A stretch of 64,000 nucleotides of DNA from Acidimicrobiales bacterium (GCA_051000215.1 JBPCON010000003.1:10321-74320); one strand, 5' to 3'. Shown: positions 43,654 through 54,310, counted from the stretch's first letter. Numbers and translations are program-made. Notes: a model not told the origin generated them from the sequence alone.

Positions 43654-44174
43654 TGTCGGGTAGCAACGGGCCCATGTCCCAGCCCCCTGAGCCCTCGGAC
43701 CCGATCGAGCATCCCGAGATCGTGGCCACCGCTCCGGCGCCGTCCGAGGAGGACTCCGAGCGCGAAGGTGTGGCCGAGCCGGCCAAGGTGATGCGCATCG
43801 GGTCGATGATCAAGCAGTTGCTCGACGAGGTCCGTGCAGCGCCGCTCGACGAGAAGAGCCGCGGGAGGCTGCGCACCATCTTCGACACCTCGGTGCACGA
43901 GCTCACCCAGGCGCTGTCCCCGGATCTGCGCGACGAGCTCGAGCGCCTCGCGCCGCCCTTCAGCGACGAGGGCACGCCGAGCGAAGCCGAGCTGCGCATC
44001 GCGCAGGCGCAGCTGGTCGGCTGGCTCGAGGGGCTCTTCCATGGCATCCAGGCCACCCTGTTCGCGCAGCAGATGCAGGCGCGCCAACAGCTCGAGGAGA
44101 TGCGCCGGCAGCTCCCGCCGGGCGCAGCCCCCGACGGGACAGGCGAGCCGTCGCGTCCGGGGACCTACTTGTAG
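43653..44174 (+). CDS. bpa: bacterial proteasome activator Bpa/PafE
   Basis: 173-aa ORF. PAKVMRIGSMIKQLLDEVRAAPLDE and AELRIAQAQLVGWLEGLFHGIQATLFAQQM closely recall M. tuberculosis Rv3780. The C-terminus is GTYL, versus the canonical GQYL. Confidence 0.88.
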   Translation: MSGSNGPMSQPPEPSDPIEHPEIVATAPAPSEEDSEREGVAEPAKVMRIGSMIKQLLDEVRAAPLDEKSRGRLRTIFDTSVHELTQALSPDLRDELERLAPPFSDEGTPSEAELRIAQAQLVGWLEGLFHGIQATLFAQQMQARQQLEEMRRQLPPGAAPDGTGEPSRPGTYL

Positions 44175-44273
44175 GCACCTGCTATGGTCCAAACCACAAC
44201 CGTGTAACTCCTCCACAGACAGTGGAAAACCGCTGTGGATGGGGTGTGGATCGGGCGTAGGGGAGACCGCAAG

Positions 44274-47200
44274 GTGGCGTCGAGCTTCACCCACCTCCAT
44301 GTCCATACCGAGTTCTCGATGCTCGACGGCGCATCGCGCGTCGAGGAGCTGGTGGCTGCGGCTGTGGCCGATGGCCAACCCGCCGTCGGCATCACCGACC
44401 ACGGGAACATGTACGGCATCCTCCCCTTCTACGCGGCGTGCAAGGCGCAAGGCGTCAAGTCGGTGCTCGGTTCGGAGCTGTACATGGCACACGACCACCG
44501 CAGCGAGCGGCTCAGCGTGCGTGGCAAGGTCGACGACACGGGCGGCGAGGGTGAGGGTGGGAAGAAGGCCTGGTACCACCTGACGGTGCTGGCCGAGAAC
44601 GCCACCGGCTACAAGAACCTGATCCAGCTGTCGAGCCGTGCCTTCCTCGAGGGCTACTACCGCGAGCCCAAGGTCGACTGGGAGCTGCTCGCCGAGCACA
44701 GCGAGGGGGTCATCGCCACCACCGGCTGCCTAGGCGGGCACGTCCTGCAGAGCCTGCTCGCCGGCGATTTCGATGCCGCGCTGACCAAGGCTGGTCGCCT
44801 GCAGGACATCTTTGGTCGCGACAACCTCTTCATCGAGTTGCAAGACCACGGCATCCCCGAGCAGCACAAGACCAACCCGCAGCTCATCGACATCGCCAGG
44901 CGCTTGCAGGCTCCGCTGCTCGCGACCAACGACAGCCACTACACCCACGAGCACGATGCCGAGGCCCACGACGCCCTCCTCTGCGTGCAGACCGGCGCGC
45001 TGATCTCGGCAACGGGCGACGAGCGCTTCAAGTTCAGCGGCGAGGGTCATTACCTCAAGTCGGCCGAGCAGATGCGATGGCTGTTCCGCGACCACGAGGT
45101 CGCATGCGACAACACGCTGTGGGTCGCCGAACGCGCCAACGTCGAGATCGAGTTCGGCAAGCCGCAGCTGCCGAGCTTCGAGCTCCCTGTCGGTTTCGAG
45201 AGCGACACCGACTACCTGCACCACCTCTGCTTCGACGGAGCCCGCCAGCGGTGGGGCGACGCCATACCCGATGCGGTCACCGAGCGGCTCGCGTACGAGC
45301 TGCGCGTCATCGACGACATGGGCTTCTCGTCGTACTTCCTCATCGTCTGGGACCTGATCAAGCACGCCCGCGACAACGGCATTCGCGTCGGTCCTGGGCG
45401 AGGCTCCGCCGCAGGATGTGCCGTTGCGTACACCCTGCAGATCACCGACCTCGACCCGATCAAGTACGACCTGCTGTTCGAGCGGTTCTTGAACCCGAGT
45501 CGCATCTCGATGCCCGACATCGACATGGACTTCGACTCTCGCTACCGCGACGAGATGATCCGCTACGCGGCCGAGCGCTACGGGCGCGACCGGGTTGCGC
45601 AGATCGTGACCTTCTCGACGATAAAGGCGCGCGCCGCGGTGCGCGACGCTGCTCGCGTCCTCGGCTACCCCTATGCCATCGGCGACCGGGTGGCAAAAGC
45701 GATGCCGCCCCTCGTGATGGGCCGCGACACGCCCCTCTACGCCTGCCTCGAGAAGCACCCGAAGTTCGAGGACGGCTACAAGATGGCCACCGAGCTGCGA
45801 GCGATGTACGAGACAGACGCCGATCTGAAGCGGGTCATCGACATCGCCAAAGGGCTCGAGGGTCTGCGCCGTCAAGACAGCATCCACGCTGCCGCGGTGG
45901 TGATCACGAAGGACCCGCTCACCGACTACCTCCCGATCCAGCGCAAGCCCGACCCGGGCGCCGACCCGGAGCTGTCACCGGTGGTGACCCAGTACGAGAT
46001 GCATGGGGTGGAGGATCTCGGGCTGCTGAAGATGGACTTCCTCGGCCTGCGCAACCTCGACGTCATCACCGACACGCTCGAGCTGATCAAGCAGACGAGA
46101 GGCGTCGACGTCGACATCGACCACGTCGACCTCGAGGACACCGCCACCTACGAGCTGCTCAAGAGGGGCGACTCGATCGGCGTGTTCCAACTCGAAGGCG
46201 CGCCGATGCGCTCCCTCATGCGCTCGCTGGCGCCCAGCACGTTCGGCGACGTCGCTGCGCTCGTGGCCCTGTACCGCCCCGGCCCCATGGCCGCCAACAT
46301 GCACAACGACTACGCCGACCGCAAGAACGGCCGCAAGCCGATCGTGTACCTGCACCCCGACGCAGAGGAGCTGCTCGCCGACACCTACGGGCTGTGCATC
46401 TACCAAGAGCTGATCATGCGCGTCGCGCAGAAGTTCGCCGGCTACTCGCTGGCCGAGGCCGACAACCTGCGAAAGTCGATGGGCAAGAAGATCCGCGAGC
46501 TGGTCAAGCAGGAGCGCAGCAAGTTCGTCGACGGCTGCGAGCGCATGGGCTACGGGCGCGAGCTCGGCGTCGCGTGGATGGACATCATCGAGCCGTTCGC
46601 CGACTACGCGTTCAACAAGTCCCATGCTTTCGGCTATGGGCTCATCGCGTACCAGACCGCATACCTGAAAGCGAACTACCCGGCCGAGTACCTCAGCGCT
46701 CTGCTCACATCGGTGAAGTCCTCGCTCGAGAAGGCCGCGGTCTACCTCGCCGATTGCCGGGCCATGGGCATCGAGGTGCTCGTGCCCGACGTCAACCGCT
46801 CCATGTCCGACTTCCGCCCCGTGCTCGTGCCGCGGCCAGAAGGTGACACGCAAGCGATCGTGTTCGGGCTGTCGGCGGTGCGCAACGTCGGCGGGGGACT
46901 CGTCGCACTCGTCGTCGCCGAGCGCGAGCGCGGCGGCCCGTACCTCGACTTCTACGACTTCTGCGAGCGGGTCGAGCTCTCCGTGCTGAACAAGCGCACC
47001 ATCGAGTCGCTTATCAAGGCGGGGGGCTTCGATTCCTTGGGACACCCCCGCAAGGGCTTGCTGCTCGCGTTCGAGGCCATCATCGACCAAGTGGTCGCTC
47101 GGCGTCGCGAGCGCGACATGGGCGTGATGAGCCTCTTCGGCGAAGTGCTCGACGACGGTGACCCCTCGTTCGACGAGCGACCAAGGATCTTCGATCGAGA

Positions 47201-47822
47201 GTTCGACAAGAAGGAACGCTTGGCCAACGAGAAGGAGATGCTCGGGCTCTACGTCTCCGATCACCCGCTCATGGGCGCCGAGCACGCGCTGCGACGCAGG
47301 ACCGACGTCTCGCTCGTCGAGCTGAACGAGATCGACGACGGAGCAATCAGGGTCTGCGGCGGGGTCATCACCGGGCTGCAGCGCAAGTGGACGAAGAAGG
47401 GCGACCTGATGGCTGTGCTGACGCTCGAGGATCTGCAGTCGAGCGTAGAGGTCATGGTGTTCCCGAAGACGATGCACGAGATCGGCCACAAGCTCGCCGA
47501 CGACGTCGTCGTCATCGTGAAAGGGCGCGTCGACAAGCGCGAAGACCAGCCGAAGCTGATCGCCATGGAGGTCGAGGTCTTCGAGGGCGTCACTGACGGC
47601 GCACCACCGCTGCGGCTGCAGCTCGCTGCGCACCGCGTCGACGAAGGCATCATCGAACGCCTCAAGGCCCTCCTCAGCGACCATCCCGGCGAGTCGCAGG
47701 TGTTCCTGCACCTCGGCGAACGCCAAATCCTGCGGCTCCCTGATCAATTCTGCGTCGACACCTCGAGAGGCGTCCTCGGCGAGCTACGCGTGCTGCTCGG
47801 CGCCGACGCCGTCATCTCCTGA
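44274..47822 (+). CDS. dnaE: DNA polymerase III alpha subunit
   Basis: GTG 44274 inside ORF 44235..47822. PHP domain FTHLHVHTEFSMLDG, plus the polymerase core and OB domain. Confidence 0.97.
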   Translation: MASSFTHLHVHTEFSMLDGASRVEELVAAAVADGQPAVGITDHGNMYGILPFYAACKAQGVKSVLGSELYMAHDHRSERLSVRGKVDDTGGEGEGGKKAWYHLTVLAENATGYKNLIQLSSRAFLEGYYREPKVDWELLAEHSEGVIATTGCLGGHVLQSLLAGDFDAALTKAGRLQDIFGRDNLFIELQDHGIPEQHKTNPQLIDIARRLQAPLLATNDSHYTHEHDAEAHDALLCVQTGALISATGDERFKFSGEGHYLKSAEQMRWLFRDHEVACDNTLWVAERANVEIEFGKPQLPSFELPVGFESDTDYLHHLCFDGARQRWGDAIPDAVTERLAYELRVIDDMGFSSYFLIVWDLIKHARDNGIRVGPGRGSAAGCAVAYTLQITDLDPIKYDLLFERFLNPSRISMPDIDMDFDSRYRDEMIRYAAERYGRDRVAQIVTFSTIKARAAVRDAARVLGYPYAIGDRVAKAMPPLVMGRDTPLYACLEKHPKFEDGYKMATELRAMYETDADLKRVIDIAKGLEGLRRQDSIHAAAVVITKDPLTDYLPIQRKPDPGADPELSPVVTQYEMHGVEDLGLLKMDFLGLRNLDVITDTLELIKQTRGVDVDIDHVDLEDTATYELLKRGDSIGVFQLEGAPMRSLMRSLAPSTFGDVAALVALYRPGPMAANMHNDYADRKNGRKPIVYLHPDAEELLADTYGLCIYQELIMRVAQKFAGYSLAEADNLRKSMGKKIRELVKQERSKFVDGCERMGYGRELGVAWMDIIEPFADYAFNKSHAFGYGLIAYQTAYLKANYPAEYLSALLTSVKSSLEKAAVYLADCRAMGIEVLVPDVNRSMSDFRPVLVPRPEGDTQAIVFGLSAVRNVGGGLVALVVAERERGGPYLDFYDFCERVELSVLNKRTIESLIKAGGFDSLGHPRKGLLLAFEAIIDQVVARRRERDMGVMSLFGEVLDDGDPSFDERPRIFDREFDKKERLANEKEMLGLYVSDHPLMGAEHALRRRTDVSLVELNEIDDGAIRVCGGVITGLQRKWTKKGDLMAVLTLEDLQSSVEVMVFPKTMHEIGHKLADDVVVIVKGRVDKREDQPKLIAMEVEVFEGVTDGAPPLRLQLAAHRVDEGIIERLKALLSDHPGESQVFLHLGERQILRLPDQFCVDTSRGVLGELRVLLGADAVIS

Positions 47823-47944
47823 CTGCCCGGTCAAGAGCCTGAACAGCAGAAACGTGACGTTCACGCGATCGCGAGTTGCGAGACCGGCGCGTCTCCGCTG
47901 GACTAAGGGCACCGATTCACGAGCTTCCGGGGGCATCGCAGCGC

Positions 47945-48613
47945 ATGGCGATCGACGTCGAGACGAAGGACTGCACGCAGCTCAGCGACGCCGAGCTGGC
48001 CGAGATGGCTGATCTGTGTGCCGAGGGGCCGAGCCTGTTCGAGGCCGGCTTCTTGTCCAAGCAGGCCGAGCTGTGGGTGCTCGTGACCCAAGCACGCGAG
48101 GCCGGGAGGCTGAAGGGCTTCTCGTTCTGCACGCTCGAGCGCATCGGTGGCACTCCCTGCGTCCTCATCGGTCTCGCGTCCGTGAAGCGTTGCGCCAAGC
48201 GCGACACGGTGCTGCGCCAGATGATGGCGGACCAGTACCGCAGGGCCGTGCTGGCCTTCCCGGACGAGGACGTGCTCGTTGGCGCGCGCTTCATCGATGC
48301 ATCCGGCTTCGAGGCCTACAAGGTGCTCGACGACATCGTGCCGCGACCCGAGCACAAGGCATCAGGCGAGGAGCGGGCCTGGGGCCGGCGCCTCGCGAAG
48401 CGGTTCGGCATCGAAAACGGTGCCTACGACGACCGCAGCTTCACTGCGACGGGTGATGCCACCTTCCCGTGCGTGCTCGACCACGAGAGCCTGAAGCCCG
48501 AGGCGATCCCCGGTGCCGTCAGCGCGCAGTTCGCTGATGTCGACGTGAAGCGCGGTGACTCGCTCGTCGCGTTCGGCTGGGCGATGGCCGAGTACCTCGC
48601 CAAGCTGTCGTAG
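47945..48613 (+). CDS. hypothetical protein (222 aa)
   Basis: ATG 47945 inside ORF 47876..48613. Coding-like third-position GC. No motif I can name. Confidence 0.55.
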   Translation: MAIDVETKDCTQLSDAELAEMADLCAEGPSLFEAGFLSKQAELWVLVTQAREAGRLKGFSFCTLERIGGTPCVLIGLASVKRCAKRDTVLRQMMADQYRRAVLAFPDEDVLVGARFIDASGFEAYKVLDDIVPRPEHKASGEERAWGRRLAKRFGIENGAYDDRSFTATGDATFPCVLDHESLKPEAIPGAVSAQFADVDVKRGDSLVAFGWAMAEYLAKLS

Positions 48614-48634
48614 CGACCCGTCGAGGTCGCGCAG

Positions 48635-49243
48635 GTGGACTTCGCGGCCATCGTTCGCACGCGCCGGATGGTGCGCGCGTTTCGCGGCGAACCTGTCGCC
48701 CCCGAGGTGCTCGACCGCGTGCTCGACGCGGGGCGCAGGGCTCCGGCTGCCGGCAACACCGACGGTCGTGCGTTCGTTGCACTCATCGGCCAACAGGACA
48801 CGGCGCGCTACTGGGACGTGACGCTGCCAGCAGGTGCGGCGCGCGACGGATTTCGTTGGCAGGGCCTGTTGCGCGCCCCGGTGCTGGTGATCGTGTGTGC
48901 CTCGCCAGACGCGTACGTGGCCCGCTACGCCGAGCCCGACAAGGCAAGCACCGGGCTCGGTGCTCGCCTCGAGGGTTGGGCGACCCCCTACTGGACCGTC
49001 GACGCAGCATTCGCGACGATGCGCGTCCTCGACGCGTGCGTCGCCGAAGGGCTCGGCGCGTGCTTCTTTGGGCTCTTCGACCACGAGGCGGCCGTGAAGG
49101 CCGCGTTCGGCATCCCCGAACCGTGGCAGGCCATCGGCACCGTCGCGATCGGGCACCCCGAGGGCGCGGCTGACGAGCTCGGTCGCTCCGCGACGCGAGC
49201 GCGCCCGACGCTGGCCGACGTCGTGCACCGCGGCGCCTGGTAG
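48635..49243 (+). CDS. nitroreductase family protein
   Basis: 202-aa ORF. IVRTRRMVRAFRGEPV and RRAPAAGNTDG are typical of the nitroreductase N-terminus. Confidence 0.85.
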   Translation: MDFAAIVRTRRMVRAFRGEPVAPEVLDRVLDAGRRAPAAGNTDGRAFVALIGQQDTARYWDVTLPAGAARDGFRWQGLLRAPVLVIVCASPDAYVARYAEPDKASTGLGARLEGWATPYWTVDAAFATMRVLDACVAEGLGACFFGLFDHEAAVKAAFGIPEPWQAIGTVAIGHPEGAADELGRSATRARPTLADVVHRGAW

Positions 49244-49280
49244 CGGCGGGGGCTGACGGGGTGTCAAGTACTGTCGGGCC

Positions 49281-50282
49281 ATGGGGGAGACGAACCGCCA
49301 GATCGTGCTGCGGCAACGGCCCGAAGGGTTGGTCCGCCCCAGCGACTTCAGCATCGTCGAGGCGCCGATCCCCGAGATCGCGGACGGCGAGGCCCTGCTC
49401 CGGGTCGAGTACCTGGGCATCGACGCGACGGTGCGGACCTGGCTCAACCGCGGTGAGGGGTACCTGCCGCCGGTCGAGATCGGCGAGGTCGTGCGGTGCA
49501 GCACGATCGGAATGGTCGTCGCCTCCAAATGCGACAAGTTCCCCGTCGGCTCACCCGCGTACGGGCTGACGGGGTGGCAGCAGTACGGCATCATCAGCGA
49601 CGACGGCATGGCCTCGCCGCTCGAGCCGGGCGCGGACCTGCCTGCTCTGCTCTCTGTCTATGGCGCGACGGGGCTCACCGCCTACGTCGGCATTCTCGAC
49701 ATCGGTGAGGCGAAGCCCGGGGAGACCGTCGTCGTCTCAGCCGCAGCCGGTGCCACCGGCAGCCTCGCGGTGCAGATCGCCAAGATCCACGGCTGCCGCG
49801 TCATCGGCATCTGCGGGAGCGATGAAAAGGCAACGTGGCTCACCAACGAGCTCGGCATCGACGGCGCCATCAACTACAAGACCGAGCACGTCGCGACGCG
49901 GCTCAAGGAGCTGTGCCCTGCTCGCATCGACGTCTACTTCGACAACGTCGGCGGCGACATACTCGACGCCTGCCTCGGCGGTCTCGCCATGGGCGGGCGA
50001 GTGGTGCTGTGCGGCGCCATCTCCGTCTACAACGACCACGGACGCCCCCCGGGCCCGCGGAACTACATCAACCTCATCGCGCGTCGCGGCGCGATGCGCG
50101 GGTTCCTCAGCCTCGACTGCTGGGACCGGTTCCCCGAGGTCGCCGCGAAGCTGCGGGCGTGGGTGGCATCCGGTGAGCTCACCTGGAAGGCGCACTTCTT
50201 CGAAGGTCTCGACTCCGCGCCCGAGGCGCTCAACGCGATGTTCACCGGCGCCAACACCGGCAAGATCATCGTGCGGCTCTGA
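49281..50282 (+). CDS. NADP-dependent oxidoreductase (MDR superfamily, YncB/CurA/PTGR-like)
   Basis: 333-aa ORF. AAAGATGSLAVQIAK Rossmann motif and the C-terminal GANTGKIIVRL. Confidence 0.9.
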   Translation: MGETNRQIVLRQRPEGLVRPSDFSIVEAPIPEIADGEALLRVEYLGIDATVRTWLNRGEGYLPPVEIGEVVRCSTIGMVVASKCDKFPVGSPAYGLTGWQQYGIISDDGMASPLEPGADLPALLSVYGATGLTAYVGILDIGEAKPGETVVVSAAAGATGSLAVQIAKIHGCRVIGICGSDEKATWLTNELGIDGAINYKTEHVATRLKELCPARIDVYFDNVGGDILDACLGGLAMGGRVVLCGAISVYNDHGRPPGPRNYINLIARRGAMRGFLSLDCWDRFPEVAAKLRAWVASGELTWKAHFFEGLDSAPEALNAMFTGANTGKIIVRL

Positions 50283-50285
50283 ACC

Positions 50286-51134
50286 TCAATGGCTGTGGTC
50301 GCCAGCGAGGATGTGGAGGGCGCCGTCGCTGGGCTGGCCCGCCGCGAGCCAGGCGACGGTCGAGCTCCGCGCGCGCTCGATGAGCTCGGCGCTGTGGGAG
50401 AAGTCGACGGGAAGCACGTCGAGCGGGCACAGCGGCGGCACCACCCGCAAGTCGATCATCGATCGGTAGCGCTCGATGTCGACCACCAATTGGCGTCCGA
50501 TCATGACGGTGATCGCTTGGAGCACCATGCTCAGCGCGCCCCGCGGTGCGCGTTCGAGCGAGCAGGGGTGCCCACTGGGCAGCACGTAGATCACGTCGGG
50601 GGCGAGGGTGGCCGCGTGGGAGATGGGCGTGTTGTCGGTGACCCCACCGTCCATGTACGGCCGGCCGTCGATCACGACGGGTGGGAACACGCCGGGGATG
50701 GCGGCGCTCGCAAGGATGGCCTCGAGCGCCGGCCCGGAGCTCAGCACGCGGTCGTGCCCGCTGATGACATCGGTCGCGACGACGTGCAACGGCACGGCAG
50801 CGTCCTCGATGCGCTCGAAGGTCAGGTTGGATCGGATCAGGCGCGTGAGCGGGCCCGGATCGACGAGGTGGTCGGAACGCCCGAGGAATCCCGCAAGCCC
50901 CTGCAGAGGGTTGAGCGGGAAGACGTGGCCGCGCGTGATCGACCGCCAGAGCTCGGCGAGCCCTTCCGCCCCAGCGACGCCAGGGTGCCCCGCTAGGTAG
51001 GCGGCGTTGACCGCGCCGACCGACGTGCCGCACAGCACATCGGCGACGATGCCCTCGGCCGCGAGGGCCTGGACCATTCCCACTTCCACGGCGCCGAGGG
51101 AGGCGCCGCCTGAGAGGACGAAGGCGACCTTCAC
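50286..51134 (-). CDS. patatin-like phospholipase
   Basis: GTG 51134 (GTGA overlap with the upstream stop), in frame with ORF 50286..51200. [10 protein letters not shown], the GTSVG nucleophile elbow, and DGG. Confidence 0.85.
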   Translation of the reverse strand: MKVAFVLSGGASLGAVEVGMVQALAAEGIVADVLCGTSVGAVNAAYLAGHPGVAGAEGLAELWRSITRGHVFPLNPLQGLAGFLGRSDHLVDPGPLTRLIRSNLTFERIEDAAVPLHVVATDVISGHDRVLSSGPALEAILASAAIPGVFPPVVIDGRPYMDGGVTDNTPISHAATLAPDVIYVLPSGHPCSLERAPRGALSMVLQAITVMIGRQLVVDIERYRSMIDLRVVPPLCPLDVLPVDFSHSAELIERARSSTVAWLAAGQPSDGALHILAGDHSH

Positions 51135-53116
51135 GCGCTGAGCTGCCTGACGAGCTCGTCGGGCTCGGTGGCCGGACGCTGACAGGCGTAGTGGCGACAC
51201 ACGTAGGCCATGCCGTCAGCGCGGCCATGCCAGAGCGGCGACTCGTAGCGCTCCCCCCAGGCCAGCACGGTGGTCGGTCGCCAGCTCGCCCGCACTGCAG
51301 CGACGAGGTCGGGTCGATCGCCCACGACCGCCACCTCGCTCGAACCCGCGGCGAGCTCGATCGCGTAGAGAAGGTGGCCGAATGCCGAGGGGTGCTCGGC
51401 GGCGACAGGCCCGAACAGAGCGAGGATCGCCTCAGCCCTCACGACGTAGCGGTCGACGCCGGTGAGCGCGCCGAGACGCAGGAGTGCGACTGCCGCGAGC
51501 GAGGTCGCGGAGGGTGTTGCGTTGTCGAGCACGTCCTTGGCCCGCGCGATCAGCTGCTCGCCGTCGTGGCCAGTCGTGAACACGCCGCCGCCATCGTCGT
51601 CCCAGAACAGCCCGAGGAGCGCTTCGGCGGTGTCGACGGCTGCCCCGATCCACCGGGCCTCCCCTGTGGCCTCTGCGAGACGCGTGAAGGCGTCGACGAG
51701 GGCGCCATGGTCTGCGGCGAAGGCCAGCGTCTTCGCGCCGGCATCGGATTGCCACGAGCGCAGCCACCGCCCATCCGCGCGCCGCAGGGCGCCCAAGAGG
51801 AAGTCGCCCGTGCGCCGAGCCTCGGTGAGCCAGTCGTCGCGGCCGAGCGCAGCACCGGCCTCGGCCAGCGTCGCCAGCATGAGCCCGTTCCACTCGGCGA
51901 GCACCTTGTCGTCGAGCCCGGGACGCACACGGCTCGAGCGTGCGGCGAAGAGGCCCCGGCGCGCCTCTTCGACATCGGGTGGCCGCAGGAGGTCGCCGCG
52001 GGCCTTGATGCGATTGAGGATCGTGCTCCCCTCGAAGTTGCCTTCTTCGGTGATGTCGTACCACTCGATCGCGGCGGCCGCGAGCGCTTCGTCGCCGAGC
52101 ACGCCGCGCACCTGAGCAGGCGTCCAGACGTAGAAGCGGCCCTCCTCGCCCTCGCTGTCGGCGTCCTCGGCCGAGAAGAAGCCGCCGCTCGGGTGGCGCA
52201 GCTCTGCAAGGACGTATCCGATCGTCTCCTCGACCACCTGGCGGTACGCGGGTTCGCTCGTGAGCTGCCAAGCGTGCAGGTATGCCCTTGCGAGCAGCGC
52301 CTGGTCGTAGAGCATCTTCTCGAAGTGCGGCACGAGCCAGACGGCGTCGACGGAGTAGCGGCTGAAGCCGCCCCCGAGATGGTCGTAGATGCCACCGGCG
52401 GCCATTGCATCGAGCGAGGTGCGGGCAGCGGCGAGGGGTTCGGGTGCTCCGGTGCGCAGGTGCGCGCGCAGCAGGGTGTCGATGCTCATCGACTGCGGGA
52501 ACTTCGGCGCGCGGCCGAAGCCGCCCCAGGCGTCGTCGTGGCCGCGAACGAGCGACGTGACCGCGCGTTCGACGACATCGAGCCCCGGAACGTCCTCGCC
52601 GCCACTCCGCAGCAGCGCCGTACGCCCGAGCGCGTCGGTGACCTGGCTGGCTTGGGCGAGCAACTCGTCGCGGCGGTTGCGCCACGCGTCGTCGATCGCA
52701 CGGCAGATGTCGAGGAACGAGGGCATCCCATGCCGCGGCTCGGGCGGGAAGTACGTGCCGCAGTAGAAGGGTCGGCCGTCGGGTGCGCAGAAGACGGTCA
52801 TCGGCCACCCGCCCTGGCCGGTCATCGCCTGGGTTGCCTCCATGTAGATGGCGTCGACGTCGGGGCGCTCCTCGCGGTCGACCTTGACGTTGACGAACAG
52901 ATCGTTCATGACCTGGGCCGTCGCGTCGTCCTCGAAGGACTCGTGCGCCATGACGTGGCACCAGTGACACGCGGAGTAGCCGATCGAGACCAAGACGGGC
53001 CTGTCACCGGCGGCGGCGAGGGCGAACGCCTCGTCGCCCCACGGGTGCCAGTCGACGGGGTTGTCACGATGCTGGCGCAGATAGGGCGAGCTCTCCTCTG
53101 CGAGGCGGTTCGACAC
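51131..53116 (-). CDS. thioredoxin domain-containing protein (DUF255/YyaL family)
   Basis: 661-aa [21 protein letters not shown] and [13 protein letters not shown] motifs, followed by a six-hairpin-glycosidase-like C-terminal region. Confidence 0.9.
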   Translation of the reverse strand: MSNRLAEESSPYLRQHRDNPVDWHPWGDEAFALAAAGDRPVLVSIGYSACHWCHVMAHESFEDDATAQVMNDLFVNVKVDREERPDVDAIYMEATQAMTGQGGWPMTVFCAPDGRPFYCGTYFPPEPRHGMPSFLDICRAIDDAWRNRRDELLAQASQVTDALGRTALLRSGGEDVPGLDVVERAVTSLVRGHDDAWGGFGRAPKFPQSMSIDTLLRAHLRTGAPEPLAAARTSLDAMAAGGIYDHLGGGFSRYSVDAVWLVPHFEKMLYDQALLARAYLHAWQLTSEPAYRQVVEETIGYVLAELRHPSGGFFSAEDADSEGEEGRFYVWTPAQVRGVLGDEALAAAAIEWYDITEEGNFEGSTILNRIKARGDLLRPPDVEEARRGLFAARSSRVRPGLDDKVLAEWNGLMLATLAEAGAALGRDDWLTEARRTGDFLLGALRRADGRWLRSWQSDAGAKTLAFAADHGALVDAFTRLAEATGEARWIGAAVDTAEALLGLFWDDDGGGVFTTGHDGEQLIARAKDVLDNATPSATSLAAVALLRLGALTGVDRYVVRAEAILALFGPVAAEHPSAFGHLLYAIELAAGSSEVAVVGDRPDLVAAVRASWRPTTVLAWGERYESPLWHGRADGMAYVCRHYACQRPATEPDELVRQLSA

Positions 53117-53145
53117 CAGGGAAAGCTACCCAGGGCCAGCGACTC

Positions 53146-53679
53146 TCAGTTGTAGACGCCCCCGGCCGAGGACGACGATGAGGACGACGATGATGTCGAC
53201 CCGGTGGGGGAGCCGGCACCCGACGCCGCGCTGGCGGCGTCGAACAAGGCGCCCTGCATGCCGCTGCTCTGATGGAACCGGCAGTGGAACTCGACGGGCG
53301 CGGTGGCCGGGACCGTGATGTTCAGCTCGACCTCCTTGCCGGGCTCGACCACCTGGTCGACGCCGAGGTCAGCGCTCGTGAACGTGTGCTGCGCCTTGCC
53401 GTCGTTCTTGAAGGTCACCTTCACGGTCGCGCCTGGCGTGACCTTGATGAAGGTCGGGTTGAAGTAGAAGTCGTCCGCTTCGAGCTCGATGGTGCCCGAA
53501 GTGGCATCGCCCGTACCCTTGTCGTTGGTCTTGCCGGGCAGCGACACGGGCGGCGCGGCCGCCGAATCCGATGACGAGCTCGCTGTCGAACCCGATGACG
53601 ACGTCGACGTCTTCGTGTCGCTACTGCAGCCCGCGGCGAGAACGACGGCGACAAGGACGAAAGGGAGAAACTTGCGCAT
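53146..53679 (-). CDS. cupredoxin (type-1 blue copper) lipoprotein with Ser/Thr-rich linker and poly-Ser tail
   Basis: ATG 53679 inside ORF 53146..53862. Lipobox LAAGC and copper ligands H (AQHTF) and C-x2-H-x4-M (FHCRFHQSSGM). Confidence 0.75.
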   Translation of the reverse strand: MRKFLPFVLVAVVLAAGCSSDTKTSTSSSGSTASSSSDSAAAPPVSLPGKTNDKGTGDATSGTIELEADDFYFNPTFIKVTPGATVKVTFKNDGKAQHTFTSADLGVDQVVEPGKEVELNITVPATAPVEFHCRFHQSSGMQGALFDAASAASGAGSPTGSTSSSSSSSSSAGGVYN

Positions 53680-53755
53680 GTCCGACCATACGCATCGGGT
53701 CCCCGAAGGGATTGCGCTCGGCAATCCATCCAGGGCTCGGGTGCGTACCTCAGGC

Positions 53756-54310
53756 ATGGGCGACGCCTCAGACGAGGCTCTCATCGCTGGGCTCGCGGCC
53801 GGCGACAGCGACGCTGCGCTCGTCTTCGTGCGCCGTTGGCAACGGCGAGTCTTCGGCGTCACGTTTGCGGTCCTCGGCGACCGGGGGCGCGCCGAGGACG
53901 CGGCGCAGGAGGCCTTTGTCCGGGCATGGCGCCACGCCGCGGCCTACGACCCGCGCCGTGCTTCGGTGGCGACATGGTTGCTGACGATGGCGCGCACCGC
54001 AGCGATCGACGTCGTGCGTGTCGAACGCGCCCGACCCTTCGACCCGACGCTCGTCGTCGAGGTGGGCGTCGACGACTCGATCGGGCCCGAGGCGCTCGCC
54101 GGGCGCAACGACGACCTGGCCCGAGTGGCCCTCGCCCTCGGATCGCTCCCCGAGGAGCAACGGCGCGCCCTGTTGCTCGCGACGCTGCACGGACGCACCG
54201 CCAACGAGGTTGGCGCGATCGAGGGCATCCCTCTCGGCACGGCGAAGACCCGCATCCGCACAGGGCTGAACCGCGTCCGCCTCGCCCTCGACGTCGAAGT
54301 GGCACCGTGA
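53756..54310 (+). CDS. ECF-type RNA polymerase sigma-70 factor
   Basis: ATG 53756 inside ORF 53489..54310. Region 2 (AEDAAQEAFVRAWRHAAAYDP, TWLLTMARTAAIDVVR) and region 4 (LPEEQRRALLLATLHGRTANEVGAIEGIPLGTAKTRI). Confidence 0.88.
   Translation: MGDASDEALIAGLAAGDSDAALVFVRRWQRRVFGVTFAVLGDRGRAEDAAQEAFVRAWRHAAAYDPRRASVATWLLTMARTAAIDVVRVERARPFDPTLVVEVGVDDSIGPEALAGRNDDLARVALALGSLPEEQRRALLLATLHGRTANEVGAIEGIPLGTAKTRIRTGLNRVRLALDVEVAP

Noticed and set aside
45975-47747. 590-aa minus-strand ORF, and the 589-aa off-frame plus ORF 45077..46846
   Set aside because: Both lie entirely inside dnaE, whose own frame carries unmistakable polymerase III alpha motifs. They are frame-shadow artefacts.
51191-53155. 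654-aa plus-strand ORF
   Set aside because: It is antisense to the DUF255 thioredoxin-domain gene, which has the clear CHWCH motif region. The plus-frame product has no motifs.
53678-53755. Alternative ATG at 53678 as the ECF sigma start (MSDHTHRV...)
   Set aside because: It would overlap the divergent cupredoxin start codon (CATG at 53677-53680), leaving no promoter space. The sigma region-2 homology begins after the ATG at 53756.
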